A stretch of 62,905 nucleotides of DNA, counting the filler, from Octopus bimaculoides (Eukaryota): the NCBI RefSeq assembly GCF_001194135.2. It is 4 parts of 4 records of this genome, joined end to end, with 100 filler letters (N's around TTAATTAATTAA, not from the genome) between each part and the next. Parts side by side here need not be neighbours in the genome. Positions count along the whole stretch, not along the records: positions 1 to 14,305 come from NC_068994.1; 3 more parts are not named here. The stretch is one strand, 5' to 3'. This document shows, piece after piece, positions 1 to 10,938 of this stretch. Each line of letters starts with the position of its first letter. Positions within the stretch are counted from its first letter, which is position 1. A program made the position numbers and the translations under genes. The notes beneath the pieces are model-generated. The model searched no databases. It was not told the DNA's origin and saw only the letters and a list, made by a program, of their open reading frames with translations.

Positions 1-87
1 TAGTTCTGATAGTGACTGCGCAATTAGTGCAAGGTCATCAGCATAGAGGAGCTCCCAGGGGCAACCTGTCTTGAATTCCTCTGTGAT
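1..87 (-). mobile_element. RTE-clade LINE reverse transcriptase fragment (5'-truncated; continues beyond window edge)
   Basis: Manual minus-strand translation gives ITEEFKTGCPWELLYADDLALIAQSLSEL, containing the YADD catalytic motif in an RTE-like context. Confidence 0.85.
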
Positions 88-91
88 CGCC

Positions 92-215
92 TAGCAGCAG
101 AAATATAACAAAAGACTGTTACTCTGAGTTTCACGTTCCCGTTCATCGGACAGTTTTGTTAGAAATGGGAACGTGAAACTCAGAGTAACAGCTTTTTGTT
201 ATGTTTCTGCTGCTA
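92..215. repeat. Inverted repeat, 49-bp arms (92-140 / 167-215), 26-bp spacer; probable inverted PLE pLTR remnant
   Basis: Left arm tagcagcagaaatataacaaaagactgttactctgagtttcacgttccc matches the reverse complement of the right arm at 46/49 positions. Confidence 0.9.
107..160 (-). ncRNA. Minimal type I hammerhead ribozyme motif (U4C core variant)
   Basis: Minus strand reads AACAAAA-CUGU-CCGAUGA-ACG(GGAA)CGU-GAAA-CUC(A)GAG-UA-ACAG-UC-UUUUGUU. Stem I is 4+7 bp around a 2-nt bulge, stem II is 3 bp, stem III is a near-palindrome ACUC-A-GAGU, and the cleavage triplet is GUA. Confidence 0.7.
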
Positions 216-296
216 TTAAATAAAGCATATTACTCTACCTCTGGTATTTGAGTACTCTTTTTTCCACCTTGTTGCACATTTCATGTGCTTACTCCA

Positions 297-333
<37 letters not shown>

Positions 334-428
334 CATGTATCAGCTGGGACCCTCATCGTCGTAACCGACGGAGTGCTCCTATAGGCCTAAGTTCAAATCT
401 TACTGGAATCAGCTGTACCTTTTTATCT

Positions 429-1880
429 CTAGTCGTATGAATGAAATAACCGATAGTACACCTCTTCCCTACTCTCCAAAAACGACTTCATACTTAAGCA
501 AGAAGTAAGAAAATTATCTATGTTTACCTCTTCAGTTTTCTTTGTATCATCGTTCATCCTTCTTACTCTCCTCTGAATGTTTCTTTTCACTGGAGATGAG
601 TTGTACTCAAAGATATTTATTGGTATATCCTGCTCTTTGAATGTAGCTGACGGGAAATCAAATACTGATGCATCTTCTGGTTTCTTGCTATTTACGGTGT
701 CTTTTGATTTAGACACAGAATCACATTTTTTCACAGACCTGCCAACTTTTGTATTTTTCTGCTTCAAAGCAAAACAAGGATGCTGTTTAGTTGTTGCTTC
801 CACTTGAGGTTGGTCATGTATTTCGTCACCTAAGGATGGATGAGTTTCACGACCAATTGGAAATGTCCAAGATTTCTTGGGTTTTTGTTTATTTATGTTA
901 GAATTTGACTTATTTTTGCTGTGTTGAAAATTGGGTTTATTGCTGAGAGAATTACCATTATTATTAATCTGTGATCGTCTTGGATCAACAAATTTACTGG
1001 TTGTATTTTTAATGTCTTGTTTTGGTTTGGTTGATTGATTTCTTTTTGGATTTAGCTTATTAAATGCCTTGCCATTCACAGTTCCACTTTTACTATTATC
1101 ATCACAATTCATTTCTTTTGTCAGCTTACCCGAATCAATTGCCTTGCCACTTATCATGCAGCCATTTCTACTCTCCGGCTGGTTCAACAACTGATTGTCT
1201 CCAGACTTACAGTTTCTATTTTTGTCTGGGACGTTGTTACTATTTGATGGCTGCTGTGAAACTATCATATCCAGATTATCATATGCTTGGCTCATACAGC
1301 TGTTTGTCTCACACCAACTTTGATCATCATCTTCCAAACCTGAAGCAAAAATCTTCATTGTTTCTGACTGAATAAGTTTTTGCTCCTTTGTAAAGCCATC
1401 CAGAGGTGTTTGCCCATTTTGTCTTTGGAAATTGTCTCCTTTTTGTCCTTCAGAACTAAAAGCTAAGTTTTTCCCAGAGAATGTAGTCTTTTTGTTTTTA
1501 TTCTGCACAGGTATTTCACTGAACTTTTTACCTTTGGCTGTTTTATCAGAGTGATTGTTGAGAAGCTCATTTGAAGAGCTTAGCTGATTTTTATTATTTC
1601 TTTCTATTTGGATTTGGGTTCTCCTTGGAAATTTATATTTGGGAACCTTGGGTGACAAAGTGACATTCTTTTTAGATTTCCTCTTCTTCATCACTGGTGA
1701 TACATCATTTCGCAGATTGATGCTGTAAACCCGAGACCCTGCATTTCTTGCTGCTGCTTCAGAAGACACTCCATTTCCAGAACTGCTTGTTTTTTGAGTT
1801 GATAAATTAAATGTACGTTGGCCCACGTCACATATCAGTATTCTCTTTTTCGAAGATTTCAGAATTGTCTTTCTTGACAT
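429..1880 (-). CDS. 483-aa uncharacterised, probably disordered, basic K/S/N-rich nuclear-type protein (single large exon; may be the terminal exon of a larger gene)
   Basis: 1452-nt stop-free frame in AT-rich, non-repetitive DNA. Contains an NLS-like KKRKSKK and several S-P-x-K/R sites. A pyrimidine-rich tract ending in AG just upstream (about 1890-1920) could be a splice acceptor. No known domain recognised. Confidence 0.75.
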   Translation of the reverse strand: MSRKTILKSSKKRILICDVGQRTFNLSTQKTSSSGNGVSSEAAARNAGSRVYSINLRNDVSPVMKKRKSKKNVTLSPKVPKYKFPRRTQIQIERNNKNQLSSSNELLNNHSDKTAKGKKFSEIPVQNKNKKTTFSGKNLAFSSEGQKGDNFQRQNGQTPLDGFTKEQKLIQSETMKIFASGLEDDDQSWCETNSCMSQAYDNLDMIVSQQPSNSNNVPDKNRNCKSGDNQLLNQPESRNGCMISGKAIDSGKLTKEMNCDDNSKSGTVNGKAFNKLNPKRNQSTKPKQDIKNTTSKFVDPRRSQINNNGNSLSNKPNFQHSKNKSNSNINKQKPKKSWTFPIGRETHPSLGDEIHDQPQVEATTKQHPCFALKQKNTKVGRSVKKCDSVSKSKDTVNSKKPEDASVFDFPSATFKEQDIPINIFEYNSSPVKRNIQRRVRRMNDDTKKTEEVNIDNFLTSCLSMKSFLESREEVYYRLFHSYD

Positions 1881-2417
1881 TGTCCACTTCTTGAAGCCAT
1901 AAATAGAGATAAAAGAATATTATTTTCCAGCACCATATTTCATGGCATATAAGACACTTTTCTAACAAATTTTTTTTTTTTTAAATCACTTTAGGTCCTA
2001 TATATGAAGTAGATTTAATGCTCTAAAAACTATTGTGCTGGAATATGTCCTACTGAAATCAGAGTGCATCTAATATGTTTCTGTGCCTATTATTTCATCA
2101 AGTATGGTGTATATTTTCATATAATCTCCCTTAAATACAAACTTATTACTGGTTTAAATATGCTTGTGGCACACTTGAACCGGTAAGGCCTTTCATTGTA
2201 TTTTGTCATAGAGAAAAGTTCTTGCTGTAGACAGATTGGTGTAGATACACCAAGTCAGTTCATATGGTGTGTTTAGTCCTGTCTGTCCACAGTGAGAAAT
2301 TCCCTCCATGATAAAATAATGGCTTTGTTACACATTTGAATATGCCTCAAATATATTTGAACTTGTAACAAGTTTGTATTCATACACATCACTGCTTAAT
2401 GCTTTATTCTGTACAAT

Positions 2418-2797
2418 GTGGTAAGTAGCTTGCTTACCAACCACATGGTTCCGGGTTCAGTCCCACTGTGTGGCACCTTGTGCAAGTGTCTTCTACTATA
2501 GCATCGGGCCGACCAAAACCTTGTGAGTGGATTTGGTGAACGGAAACTGAAAGAAGCCCGCCGTATATATATATATATATATATATGTTTGTGTGTCTGT
2601 GTTTGTGCCCCCACCATCGCTTGACAACTGATGCTGGTGTGTTTACGTCCCCGTAACTTAGCGGTTCGGCAAAAAGAGACCAATAGAATAAGTACTAGGC
2701 TTACAAAGAATAAGTCCTGGGGTCGATTTTCTTGACTAAAGGCAGTGCTCCAGCATGGCCACAGTCAAATGACTGAAACAAGTAAAAGAGTAAGAGT
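2418..2797 (+). mobile_element. tRNA-derived SINE (major family with central TA/TG microsatellite)
   Basis: Head gtggtaagtagcttgc...ggttcagtccc and tail gactgaaacaagtaaaagag; homologous copies at 5064, 6080, 14052, 46783 and 49918; flanked by a 36-bp direct repeat. Confidence 0.9.
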
Positions 2798-4219
2798 ATA
2801 CACATCACTGCCTTGTGCTTTATTCTGTACAATATCTCCTAATACATAGACATGTTAGTACACTACTAGGAACATTGAATCCATTCCTTCAAGAGACAAA
2901 GAATGGTTCCCTATTGTTTTCTCTAACCCCTGTAGGAAGATTTAAGCTCAAGACAGTAAGGTAATAAAACGGCAAACAGGTCCCATCACATTGTAATATT
3001 AAACTGTGAAAGTTGTCTCTATTTGCCAAGTAAACTGACTCATGCAGAGTTGAGTATCTTTGCCAGACTACAATACAATGATTATAATGGGCCACAAGCC
3101 ATCAATCTTTCAGCCAGCAGAGATTCCTTTTCAAATGAAAGCCATATTAGTAATTATACAATGTGTATCTTTCTGAAAATAACAATTCTAAAAGTATTCA
3201 GAAACTTTCTGGCATTGTTGATAGCTGTGATAAGAATGGAAGTCTATTGTTCTTAGTGGTTGTTGGAATGTGATTTGAGGGATATCCAACCGTCGTTTCT
3301 AGCTGGTCAAGCAATCAGGTGTAGATTTTTTCAATTCATTGTGAGATTTTTGGTCCCAGTGACTGCAGAAAAGGGATTCTAAAGAGACATTGTCTTGAGG
3401 AAGAAAGACAAGATCTAGTGGCTAGGGCAGAGTTTGTGGGGTGTACACAATATGGGAGTCAAGAAGATAAGTTACCATAGCATCATTTTTTTTTGAGAAT
3501 TCATATTTAAAAAAAAAAAAAGATTATGACCTCGATGTTGGATTAACATAGCCTTAAGCTTAAAATCGAACAGATTTACCATTAGATAAATCTGTTTGAT
3601 TTTTTTAATTTTACATAATCTGAGTTCAAACTTGTGAAAGCTAAGTTGGTTTTTGTATTTTATATTTTATTTTTAATTTAATTTGATATGAAGGGATTGA
3701 TTATAGTAAGAACGAGTCAGGGTATACTGCCTGAGTGGAAGTGGTATTAAAGAAGCTAGTTCCAAGAGAGATAGGCTACTATAGTGTTTTGCAAAATAAT
3801 ATAAGAAAGAATAGTGATGTCATCATCATCATCATCATCTTTTTAAATGGCTCTCATGATTTGACCACAATTTAATTGTTTCAATTTCAATACAAAATTT
3901 CTGATGGAGTCACTTGCCAAACAAGCATAACACCAAAATCGATTTAAATCTTTCTCTTCATAATTCAATAGTGTGCTTTGACAATTCTTTCATTCATTGA
4001 AATTTACAGAATTGTATAATTTTTCTCTCAACTAATGAAAAGATAAAATAACTGATAAGCTATATATTTCACAACATACAGTAAAATAAATTTTGTTGTA
4101 TGTTGGGAGGTTCATTATGCCAATAAACACACACACTGATTCTCTTTTACTACTTTTATTATTATTAGTCATTGGTTAACCATTTAACCAATTAACTAAT
4201 TAATTGTCTGATTAGTCAT

Positions 4220-4442
4220 TCAGTGTCAATGATGGCACATGGCTCAGTTGTTAGAACATCAGACTTACAATCATGAGGTAGTGAGTTCAATACACGGACG
4301 GGGCTGTGAGTTGAGCGTTAGCAACCAATAAAATAAGTACCAGGCTTCAAAAAAAGTCCTGGCGTTGATTTGTTTTGACTAAAACTCTTGAAGCTGGTGG
4401 CCCAGCACAGCTGCAGTCAATTGACTGAAACAAGTAAAAAAA
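4220..4442 (+). mobile_element. Degenerate, internally deleted tRNA-derived SINE
   Basis: A/B-box-like head (ggctcagttgttagaac...gagttcaatac) joined to the same tail gactgaaacaagtaaaa. Confidence 0.6.
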
Positions 4443-5063
4443 GAATTAGCAACTTTTAAAGAATAGGGGAGAGAATTTTTAAAAAAAACATTTTTTTCTT
4501 AATTCCTTAAAATTATCTCCCTTGTTTGCTGTTGAGATTTTCGTTTTCCTTTCCCCATAAATTGGAGGCAAATTTGGGTTTACTGAAAATTGTTTTGAAT
4601 ACATCATTCAGTACATCACCACCAATCCTTGTATAGAACTGTGCACTTCACAGTTCCAGTGATACTGTGTTTGGCTGTTGTGTGCATGCTCACATGTCTC
4701 CAAGACAGGAAGCTTCATGCAGTGTTGGTGAAAGGCAGTTTTTCTTTTTGACTCTGCATGTGTTGTGCTTAAAAACGTGTTTATATTCTTGCATGTGATA
4801 AAGTGTAGAATTAGATTATTATCCTGCTTCCCGCTTCAGTGTTGCTGCAAGGATTTGAAAAATAGGGCACATTTTCCCCACTTATTTTGTGATTTGGGAG
4901 GATTTTTGAAAAACGAGGGGGTATTTGTGGCAGTGTTCAGTGAACAATTTAAACACATTACCTGGCAGTGGCTTAAACACAAACCGATCAAGTTTATGTA
5001 TAAATATTCTTGTTATACACTTGTTTCCTTTTACATAATATTAAAACAATGGCTACTCTTTTA

Positions 5064-5469
5064 TTCTTTTACTTGTTTCAGTCTTTTGACTGCAGCCATG
5101 CTGGAGCACCGCCTTTAGTCGAACAAATCGACCCCAGGACTTATTCTTTGGAAGCCTAGTACTTATTCTACCGGTCTCTTTTTGCCGAACCGCTAAGTTA
5201 TGGGGATGTAAACACACCAACATCGGCTGTCAAGCAATGTTGGGGGAGACAAACGCAGACACACAAACATATACACACACACATATATATACATATACAT
5301 ATATGCGACGGGCTTCTTTGAGTTTCCGTCTACCAAATCCACTCACAAGGCTTTGGTCGGCCCGAGGCTATAGTAAAAGACACTTGCCCAAGGTGCCACT
5401 CAGTGGGACTGAACCTGGAACCATGTGGTTGGTAAGCAAGCTACTTACCACACAGCCACTCCTGCGCCT
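5064..5469 (-). mobile_element. Full-length major SINE
   Basis: Reverse complement of the 2418-2797 family, including the complete head aggcgcaggagtggctgtgtgg. Confidence 0.9.
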
Positions 5470-6079
5470 AAAAATTTTCTGAAGCAGCACCCCCCACTAA
5501 TTTTATCTACAAGCCGCCACTAATCACCACCTGCCTAGATTGCATTTACAGGTGGTTATGTGTAGAAGGATTAAAGCATTGAACAAAATACTTGGTACTT
5601 TTATGTTTTACCGTGTTATTAGTATACAAGTCAAAATTTTCAGATCAAAATTTATAACCCCCAAAATTAGGTCAACTTATATACCAGGATGACTTTTGAG
5701 GACCAAAAACTCCATCTGAAATGCAACAGGATTTGGAGAGATAGTGATAATGTTTGAATGGTTAGATTATATGTTTGCACTATGTTGACCTGTATGCTAG
5801 AAAATATGTTAAGTGCAAATGTTAAGGAGGTCATAGAGGTTTAATAAAATAAAGTTCCAGTCCAGTACTGAAGTTGACATAACTGATTCTGGTGGATCCC
5901 TGGCTTCTTCAGGCAATGAGACTACATACGAGAATCCCAAACAGACCTTGCACTTAACCCAGCCAGGATCAGCCTAAATATGCCACCTGTTTTATGTTCT
6001 AACCAGCTAGATCCAGCCTATTACACCTACCCTTCAATGCCATTCTAGAAATATACTATAACATCATTAAAATTTCAAA

Positions 6080-6243
6080 GCACCAACTTTAGTCGAACAA
6101 ATCAACCACAGGATTTATTCTTTGTAAACCTAGTACTTATTCTATCGGTCTCTTTTGCTGAACCGCTAAGTTACAGGGATGTAAACACACCAACATTGGT
6201 TGTCAAGCGATGTTCGTGGTGTACAAACACAGACATACAAACA

Positions 6244-6294
<51 letters not shown>

Positions 6295-6622
6295 TCATCA
6301 TCATCATCGTTTAACATCCGCTTTCCATGCTAGCATGGGTTGGATGATTTGACTGAGGACTGGTGAAACCAGATGGCTACACCAGGCTCCAATCTGATTT
6401 GGCAGAGTTTCTACAGCTATGCCCTTCCTGACGCCATATATATGTGTGTATATATATATGATGGGCTTCTTTCAGTTTCCATCTACCAAATCCACTCACA
6501 AGGCTTTGATCAACCTGGGGCTATAGTAGAAGACACTTGCCCACGGTGCCACGCAATGGGGCTGAACCCGGAACCATGTGGTTAGTAAGCAAGCTATTTA
6601 TCACACAGCCACTCCTGCACCT
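6080..6622 (-). mobile_element. Major SINE with a nested second element (6292-6435, (CAT)n-tailed RTE-like 3' end) in its central microsatellite
   Basis: The SINE halves flank catcatcgtttaacatccgctttccatgc...gcccttcctgacgcc, which recurs at about 8185 and 14540. Confidence 0.8.
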
Positions 6623-7207
6623 ACTTACACTCCTGTACACATGTTAATTAAAAGGTTAATAAATGTTAATTTTTTTCTGGTCATTCTGGAAGTCAATAAA
6701 ATAGTTAATTTCATACGCATATTATGTATATAAGTTATTCAGAGGAATAACATGGAGGTATATTCTAGAGAGAATCTCTTTCTGAAGGAGAAAAAAAAAA
6801 TTGGAAAGTGATTAATGCAGGTTATGGAAGATGAGATATGATAAAGTGTAACAAGAGGAGAAGACGTGAGTGAGCCTGAATGATAAAGGCACCATCAGCT
6901 AAAATATGGCTGACGTTTAGAATTTAAAAGCAATTCTTGCACTTATTTTAAGCACAGAATTTTATTTTGAGTTCATTCTTCTTTTTTTTTTTGAAAGTTT
7001 TGGCATAAAGGCGTTTAAAGATTTCCAATTATTAAGCTATTAATACAATTTGCATATTGAACATTATACAATTAAATAGAGTATATGTGTGTACATGTTT
7101 GTGTCTATGTGTGTTTATATAGAATGTATTTACATATATATATATATATAAAGATATATATATATACACACACACATTATGTATGTACATACATACATAC
7201 ATACCTA

Positions 7208-7247
<40 letters not shown>

Positions 7248-7250
7248 AAA

Positions 7251-7478
7251 GGAGCACTCCGTCGGTTACGACAACGAGGGTCCCAGCTGATCCAATCAAC
7301 AGAACAGCCTGCTCATGAAATTAACATGCAAGTGGCTGAACAATCCACAGACATGTGTACTCCTATTGTGGCTTAGTGGTTAGGACATTCGACCCACGAT
7401 TGTAAGGTCATAAGTTCAATTCCCAGTGATGCATTGTCGCATTGTGTCCTTAAGCAAGACACTTTATTTCACTTTGCC
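7251..7478. mobile_element. Second SINE family, rearranged (3' part on minus, tRNA head on plus)
   Basis: 7251-7360 matches 60496-60610. 7368-7478 matches the head of the same family (37073 plus, 60804 minus) but in the opposite orientation. Confidence 0.7.
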
Positions 7479-8184
7479 AAATGAATATGCCTATCACTTC
7501 TTGCATATCTACTTCCTTCTAGTGTACCTATCTCTTCCCAACACCTACATCTGACACAAACATTTGTGACAACATATATATTACTATCATTCTCTAACCA
7601 CTGTAAAACAGCTACAGTATACTGTTCCTAATGACGAATTGTATCAGATAAATAAAATCTGTAAGAAATAGCTTTTTGCTTTCTGTTAACTCATTTAGTT
7701 CATATCACCACTGTTCCACGAAGTCTTAACTCTTTTGCTATAAATACTAATAACCACTGAATCTGCTGCATCTTTCAGTAACATATACCTGTTACATAAG
7801 TAACATTATACAATGTCACATACTTAATGGTATGTGTGCTATACAAATGCTTTCAGGTTGTAGTTTTCATCCAGGGAAAGTTCATTTCAAAATGTAGTGT
7901 CTTAAAAAAAACACAGTATACTTCAAAGCCAAGTGAAATGAATCACTCTGGAGGTGATCGAGAATAAGATGGATATTGATATTTCGCTGTTACTTTAGCT
8001 CATCAGTGTTTTGTCCCCAGGATGAATTCTAATCACTGGCCTGAAGTATGTACAGATAGTGCAAAATCTATCAACTGATGTGCAATAGAATTGCACAAGG
8101 AAAACAAAATTCAAATTTTGAGTTAGAAACAGTTCTATGAAACCATTTAACAATACAAATACATTATGTGTTCATCCTATATAT

Positions 8185-8472
8185 CATCATCATCATCATT
8201 TCACGTCTGCTTTCCATGTTGGCATGGGTTGACAGTTTGACTGGAACTGGTAAGCCAGAGAGCTGCACCAAGTTCCAGTCTGATTTGGAGTGGTTTCTAT
8301 GGCTGGATGCCCTAACTAACATCAACTACTCCCAGAGCGTAATGGGTGCTTTTTACGTGCCACCGGCACAGGTGCCTTTTACATGGTACCGGCAACAGCA
8401 ACTACTATGATTTCATACGTGCCATTTACATAACACTGGCAACAGCCATGACTACGATTTCACTTGGCTCAA
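8185..8472 (-). mobile_element. (GAT)n-tailed SINE-like element
   Basis: Homologous to 14540-15000 and 6292-6435. Confidence 0.7.
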
Positions 8473-8676
8473 TATATATATATATANNNNNNNNNNNNNN
8501 NNNNNNNNNNNNNNNNNNNNNNNNNNNNNNNNNNNNNNNNNNNNNNNNNNNNNNNNNNNNNNNNNNNNNNNNNNNNNNNNNNNNNNNNNNNNNNNNNNNN
8601 NNNNNNNNNNNNNNNNNNNNNNNNNNNNNNNNNNNNNNNNNNNNNNNNNNNNNNNNNNNNNNNNNNNNNNNNNNNN

Positions 8677-8715
<39 letters not shown>

Positions 8716-9741
8716 TATAAATATATATATTTATACTTAAGTATATATGTTGTCAAATATACACATATAAATATGGATATATATGCATTTGCATCAGCTG
8801 ATGTTCGTTTTTCCATGCTGACATGGGTTGGACGATACACACACACACACACACTCACGCACACTCTCACACACACACACACTCACGCACACTCTCACAC
8901 ACACACACATTCACGCACACTCTCACACACACAGACACACACTCTTTCTCTCTCACACACACATACACACACACATATATGCACATGTATGTAAAATAAG
9001 GAAAAGACGTGTGAGAGTGAAAGAAACCTACATTTCCATATTTCCATGAAATGCTACACATTCCAAACCTATCTTTAAACCAACATTACTACACAGAGCA
9101 GAATCAGTAGTTGAAACGATGTCCAAAAAAATCCACCCCGTTTCAGTAGAGTACCCCAATTTATTTGGTTGGATTGAGCCAATCATCATTGGATGATGAA
9201 AAACGATATTCCTTCAGCAAACCAGCTGTGCTTACTGGCAACAGCATAGCAACAGCAACTGGATACCAAACAAACTGCCTGTGTATGCGTTTGTATGTGT
9301 GTGTGTGTTTGTGTGTGTATGGTAGTTTGCTGTCTCTAGCTATGTGTGTCTGTTAGTGTATGACTATATGTGTCTGTGGGCTTCTCCATCAAGGCATCTG
9401 TGTATGTTTTGTGATTTATCACTGTATAACTATGCATGCGTTTGCTTGATTTATGGCCAGTATGTGTGTGTATGTGTGTGTGTGTGTGTGTGTGTGTACG
9501 TGAGTATGTAAGTTCTTTGAGTTCATGTCTATGTGCACGTAATCCTTAACATGAGAATATGTTTTACATGTTTAGTGATATGTGCGTACTAATATTACTG
9601 TTTTAATGAGAGAGAGGTGGAAGGGATGTGCGTGTGTGTGTGTGTGTGTGTTATTGTAAGGAAAAGATCGACAGTAACTTCTAAATTTCATCTCTGCTGC
9701 CTTTGTTGGATTGTCTGACCAACAAAGGCGAAGCTTTAAAG

Positions 9742-10413
9742 TTACTGATACATCAAATACCCCCTTGTCAGTTCCACGTACTTCTCGAAATTTTTGCTCA
9801 CTGTTCCCAGGGCTCCGACAATTATTGGTGCTACTGCTACCTTTATCATCGACCACAACTGCTTAACTTCCCAAGCTACCCTGTCATATCTCGCAGCTTT
9901 TCTTTCTTCCTTATCGCATACCTTATTGTCAGCTGGGCATGCTATGTCTATGATCCAGAATAGTTCGTTTTCTTTCTCAATTAACACTATGTCTGGCTTC
10001 CTATTCTCTATCTCATGGTCGCACTGAATCATAAAATTCTATAGGATCTTTGCATTTCCATTTTCGACAATGCCTTCGGGTTTGTGGTCGTACCAATTTT
10101 TTTCTCTGCCAAGTCCATAGTTGTCGCAAAGTGTCCAATGGACAAACCTTGCTATATTGTCGTGGGGGTCTCTTATATTCCTTCTGGGCTAGTGGCGTAC
10201 ATTGGCTGGTAATATGCCATTCGGTTTCCCCGTTTTGTCCACAGATTCTGCATTTATCACTTTCTGATGTGTTGTCCATTCTGTATTTTATGTAGTTTGT
10301 TCTTAGTGCTTGCTCTTCGGCAGCACAGATTAGAGCCTCCGTTTCCGGTATTAAATCACTTTTAGTCATCCATAGCCATCTTTTTTCTCTGTCTGTTTTA
10401 TCTTCAACATCCC
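9742..10413 (-). mobile_element. Dong/R4-type non-LTR retrotransposon 3' fragment (CCHC knuckle + restriction-like endonuclease), frameshifted
   Basis: ORFs give CRICGQNGETEWHITSQC and RKPDIVLIEKENELFWIIDIACP...PIIVGALG; abuts (ATT)n at about 10414-10443. Confidence 0.9.
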
Positions 10414-10703
10414 TATTATTATTAATATTATTATTATTATTATTCCACCAAGATCGACTTTGCTTTTCATCCTTTTGGGGTCGATGAAATAAGTACCAGT
10501 TATGCACTGGGTTGATATAATCAACTAGCGCCTTTCCTCTAGAATTTTTAAGGCCTTGGGCCTAGAGTAGAAATAATAATTATTATTAAGGAAACGAGTG
10601 GGTAGAATTGTTAGCAGGCTTTATTATTATTAGGCAGCAAAGTGGCAGAGTTGCTAGAGCAATTCTAGGCAGAATGCCTTCTGTTTGCCCTTTCATTCTC
10701 ACA

Positions 10704-10748
<45 letters not shown>

Positions 10749-10874
10749 ATGTATATGTATATGTGTATGTATATATATATATATATATACATATACACAC
10801 ACACACATACATATATGTACATGTGTGTGTATGTATGTGTATATAAGGGAGAATATACAAATAANNNNNNNNNN

Positions 10875-10938
<64 letters not shown>

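Noticed and set aside
2201-2320. 38-codon minus-strand ORF (MEGISHCGQTGLNTPY...) upstream of the large ORF
   Set aside because: Short, unrecognised and without supporting splice signals linking it to the 483-aa exon.
2911-2966. Possible plus-strand micro-exon (tgtAG|gaagatttaagctcaagacagtaag|GTAATA)
   Set aside because: Ambiguous donors, a branch-like motif too close to the AG, and no recognisable peptide.
5605-5720. Possible pogo-like MITE (taccgtgttattagtatacaagtc...aggtcaacttatatac)
   Set aside because: No matching second TIR or TSD could be confirmed.
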